Assembly: GCA_034420855.1 (NCBI GenBank) | Contig: DAOUKX010000021.1 | Coordinates: 1 to 55,824 of the forward strand | Source: Dehalococcoidia bacterium | GTDB lineage: Bacteria; Chloroflexota; Dehalococcoidia; Lucifugimonadales; GCA-2712585 | Direction of reading: 5' to 3' | DNA length: 55,824 nt | Part shown: positions 53,857 to 55,824 of the stretch, piece after piece | Layout: every line of letters begins with the position of its first letter | Position numbering within the stretch: position 1 is the first letter of the stretch | Program-made: the position numbers and the translations under genes | Notes under the pieces: model-generated | Databases searched by the model: none | Told to the model about the DNA's origin: nothing | What the model saw: the letters and a program-made list of their open reading frames with translations, nothing else

Positions 53857-54981
53857 TTAGCGTCGGCGGAGAATCAGGTAGGCAAAAACCGTGAACGCCC
53901 ACAGTATTGCCAGCCCCTGAATGATGATGAGAGTCATCCGCTTCCGCGGGCTGGACGCTATTCCGCTTAGGGTATTTCGGACTCGTTCCACTGGCGCGCC
54001 TATCACGGGAATTGGAGGCTGCTCCAACTCCCGTAACCTGATCTTCTGCTCCTCGGCTGCAGGGGGTGGGGTTGGCACAACTGCCGATTGAACAGCCAGA
54101 GTATCGGTTGGTTGGGCCGTGGGCGCAGACATGATGTTTGGCGGGGCAACGAGAGTCGGCGCCGGGGTGGGGGAAGGTGTTGGAGTAGGTGTGGGTTCCT
54201 GCGTAGCAGTAGGTGTAGGTTCCGGTGTAGGTGTAGGTGTAGGCTCCGGCGTGGGTGTGGGCGTCGGTTCCGGCGTTGGAGTAGGTGTGGGCTCCGGAGT
54301 GGGCGGTTGTGTTGGTTCCGGCGTAGGAGTTGGCATCGGTTCGGGTGTGGGAGCGGGCATCGGCTCAGGTGTAGAAGTTGGCGTAGGCGTAGTGATACGT
54401 GTTGGCCTTGGCGTCACCTGACGTGTCGGCCTCTGTGTCGCAATTGCAGTAGGTCGTGGAGTAGGAGTTGCCGTCGGTGTTGGGGTGGGAGTAGGCGTAG
54501 GCGTTGGAGTGGACGTAGATTCGGGAGTGGGCCTGGGCGTTGGCGTTTCCTCCTCTTCTGGAGGCGGAGGGGGCGGCGGAGGGGGTGGTGGTGAGCCTCC
54601 GGCGGGGATGGGTCCCGTAAATCCCGCATCGTTGTGAAAACATACCAGTATCACGGCTCCGGCTCTGGTTGTCCTGTAGGAGACCTTGTAATATACCCCC
54701 TGAGTTGGAACGGTGAGTTCATTTCCGTCGAAATCAAACGTCGTACCGCCTTGCATAATGGAATTAGATAGACTGGAAACTCCGTTGCCCCGCTTGAAGA
54801 TTATATGATCGTGCGAACTGCCCACATATAGCAGGTATCTACCTGGCGGACCGTCGGTAACATGCTCTATGTAATTACCTTCTCCATCTGATTCGCAAGC
54901 TGAATTGCCGTGCCCTAAAGCGACGCTGGCGGCGAAGGCTACCATAAATCCTGTGACGGCTATGACAACGAGAAGCCTCAT
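53857..54981 (-). CDS. Surface stalk protein: signal peptide, globular domain of about 105 aa, Pro/Thr/Glu-rich region of about 180 aa, C-terminal TM anchor
   Basis: 374 aa. Signal [24 protein letters not shown] run of 11 Pro, then [10 protein letters not shown] repeats. C-terminus [29 protein letters not shown]. The N-terminal domain was not recognised. Confidence 0.7.
   Translation of the reverse strand: MRLLVVIAVTGFMVAFAASVALGHGNSACESDGEGNYIEHVTDGPPGRYLLYVGSSHDHIIFKRGNGVSSLSNSIMQGGTTFDFDGNELTVPTQGVYYKVSYRTTRAGAVILVCFHNDAGFTGPIPAGGSPPPPPPPPPPPEEEETPTPRPTPESTSTPTPTPTPTPTPTATPTPRPTAIATQRPTRQVTPRPTRITTPTPTSTPEPMPAPTPEPMPTPTPEPTQPPTPEPTPTPTPEPTPTPTPEPTPTPTPEPTPTATQEPTPTPTPSPTPAPTLVAPPNIMSAPTAQPTDTLAVQSAVVPTPPPAAEEQKIRLRELEQPPIPVIGAPVERVRNTLSGIASSPRKRMTLIIIQGLAILWAFTVFAYLILRRR
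54058..54594 (-). repeat. Proline-rich low-complexity coding repeat, including about four tandem 24-bp (EPTPTPTP) units
   Basis: Translation aa 130-308: [48 protein letters not shown]...[72 protein letters not shown]... Confidence 0.9.
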
Positions 54982-55356
54982 CGGCCCCCTGCAATGTCTG
55001 AATCGAGTTCAAGTTGTTCCACCGATCGCTCCCGAGCGCTGATGGCCCCCCATCTGAAATCACAAATTAGTCACGCCAGCAGTGAATGAATTGTGAGCTA
55101 AGTAGATAATATACATAACGCTAATGAAATCGATACCTTATTTCAGGCCGTTAATGCATGGATTGCTACCGCAAATCAGTGCAGTTCACGTTGCATAAAG
55201 CAGAGCGAAGATCTTTGTCCCAATGTTCTGTAACGACCTTAGTCGGTTGAGACGAGCGCGACTGAAAGGACTAGTAGATTCTTACGTCTGAGACGCCACA
55301 TGCCGCTTCGGGCACAGCTGGCAAAAAGCATGACGTCCTGCCGCAAGTAGTGCGGA

Positions 55357-55824
55357 CTAAGAATCTTGAGACCGGCTCCGCAACTCCTGAAGAGTAATAT
55401 TTGCTTCGCGACGGAGCCGGTTCGCATTGACCCTCTCAGCGTCCACCGCAATGAAGGCATCCACTGTGAAGGGCTGCCAGGTGTTCTGCAGCGCACGTAT
55501 CGCCCCTTCTTCCCTGCCCGCCGCTTCGACAACTAGGGTGTATGCGGGCAACAGATAACCGGATTGGGGAAGGTCGCGCACTCGGCGTCCGATTTCAGAA
55601 ATCCGGGAATTGAATTGGGCGATGGTCTCCAGCACTTCCCCTTCATCACAACCGCCACCGGTCCTGCGCCACTCGTTATAGCGCTTGTGGAACGAATCCC
55701 ACTCATTTCGAAGGAACTCATACTCCCCAATAAAGAACTCCATTTCCCCCAGGTCCTGCAATGCGGTGCCATCAAATACATCACTGAGCGCTTTCTGCGC
55801 GTCCTTAAGGGACGACTCTGAGTC
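55357..55824 (-). CDS. Hypothetical protein, 5' end outside the window
   Basis: The track gives 55357-55761 from a TTG. The same frame stays open up to the last base of the window (DSESSLKDAQKALSDVFDGTA-LQDLGEMEFF...), so the gene is probably truncated by the window edge. No family recognised. Confidence 0.5.
   Translation of the reverse strand, partial: DSESSLKDAQKALSDVFDGTALQDLGEMEFFIGEYEFLRNEWDSFHKRYNEWRRTGGGCDEGEVLETIAQFNSRISEIGRRVRDLPQSGYLLPAYTLVVEAAGREEGAIRALQNTWQPFTVDAFIAVDAERVNANRLRREANITLQELRSRSQDS

Noticed and set aside
54088-54594. Plus-strand ORFs (168 aa Arg/Trp/Cys-rich; 100 aa Gly/Val-rich) over the 54.1-54.6 kb repeats
   Set aside because: Antisense shadows of the Pro/Thr-rich stalk region of CDS 53857-54981.
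1-55824. Search for tRNA, rRNA or tmRNA genes (T-loop GGTTCGAATCC-like strings on both strands)
   Set aside because: The only TTCGAA-containing sites lie inside coding regions and lack flanking acceptor or anticodon stem complementarity. No RNA gene was called. This was an eye scan only; tRNAscan-SE or Infernal should confirm.

Overview
Moderately GC-rich bacterial chromosomal segment with about 48 protein-coding genes, two insertion sequences and one cobalamin riboswitch. I found no rRNA, tRNA or CRISPR array. Frequent GTG/TTG starts, lipoproteins on long Pro/Thr-rich tethers, a corrinoid-salvage layout and form-II cox-like genes remind me of marine Chloroflexota (SAR202/Dehalococcoidia-like); this is a weak inference only. 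Layout, left to right: (1) an IS1380-type transposase cut by the window edge. (2) Scattered envelope and sensor genes: a LivJ-like binding protein, an EamA transporter, a STAS protein, a collagen-like/double-Cache lipoprotein, an alpha/beta hydrolase, and a DUF1800 + NHL propeller pair. (3) 9.6-18.1 kb, the most interesting block: a COG2907 flavoenzyme, a GPP34(GOLPH3)-cytochrome P450 fusion, an ERG6-like sterol 24-C-methyltransferase homologue, a COG1033/HpnN-type RND transporter and a Rieske oxygenase. I read this as a sterol-type (cyclic triterpenoid) tailoring and export module; no cyclase or epoxidase is present in the window. (4) A 1007-aa BNR/sortilin-like propeller protein. (5) A form-II (AYRGAGR) CoxSLM-like molybdenum hydroxylase with CoxG/D/E-like accessory genes. 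(6) A corrinoid uptake, salvage and nucleotide-loop supercluster in two divergent operons (btuCFD-like, cobO-T-S-C-U, then cbiB-cobD-cobQ); a clear B12 riboswitch leads the transporter operon. (7) Housekeeping and miscellaneous catabolic genes: D-aminoacylase, pyruvate kinase, SDR, hydrolases, ureohydrolase, HpcH aldolase. (8) A complete IS5-family element with a TTAG target duplication, upstream of an orphan HAMP histidine kinase. (9) A Pro/Thr-stalk surface protein. All functional calls rest on motif recognition from memory. No database search was run and no identities were computed.
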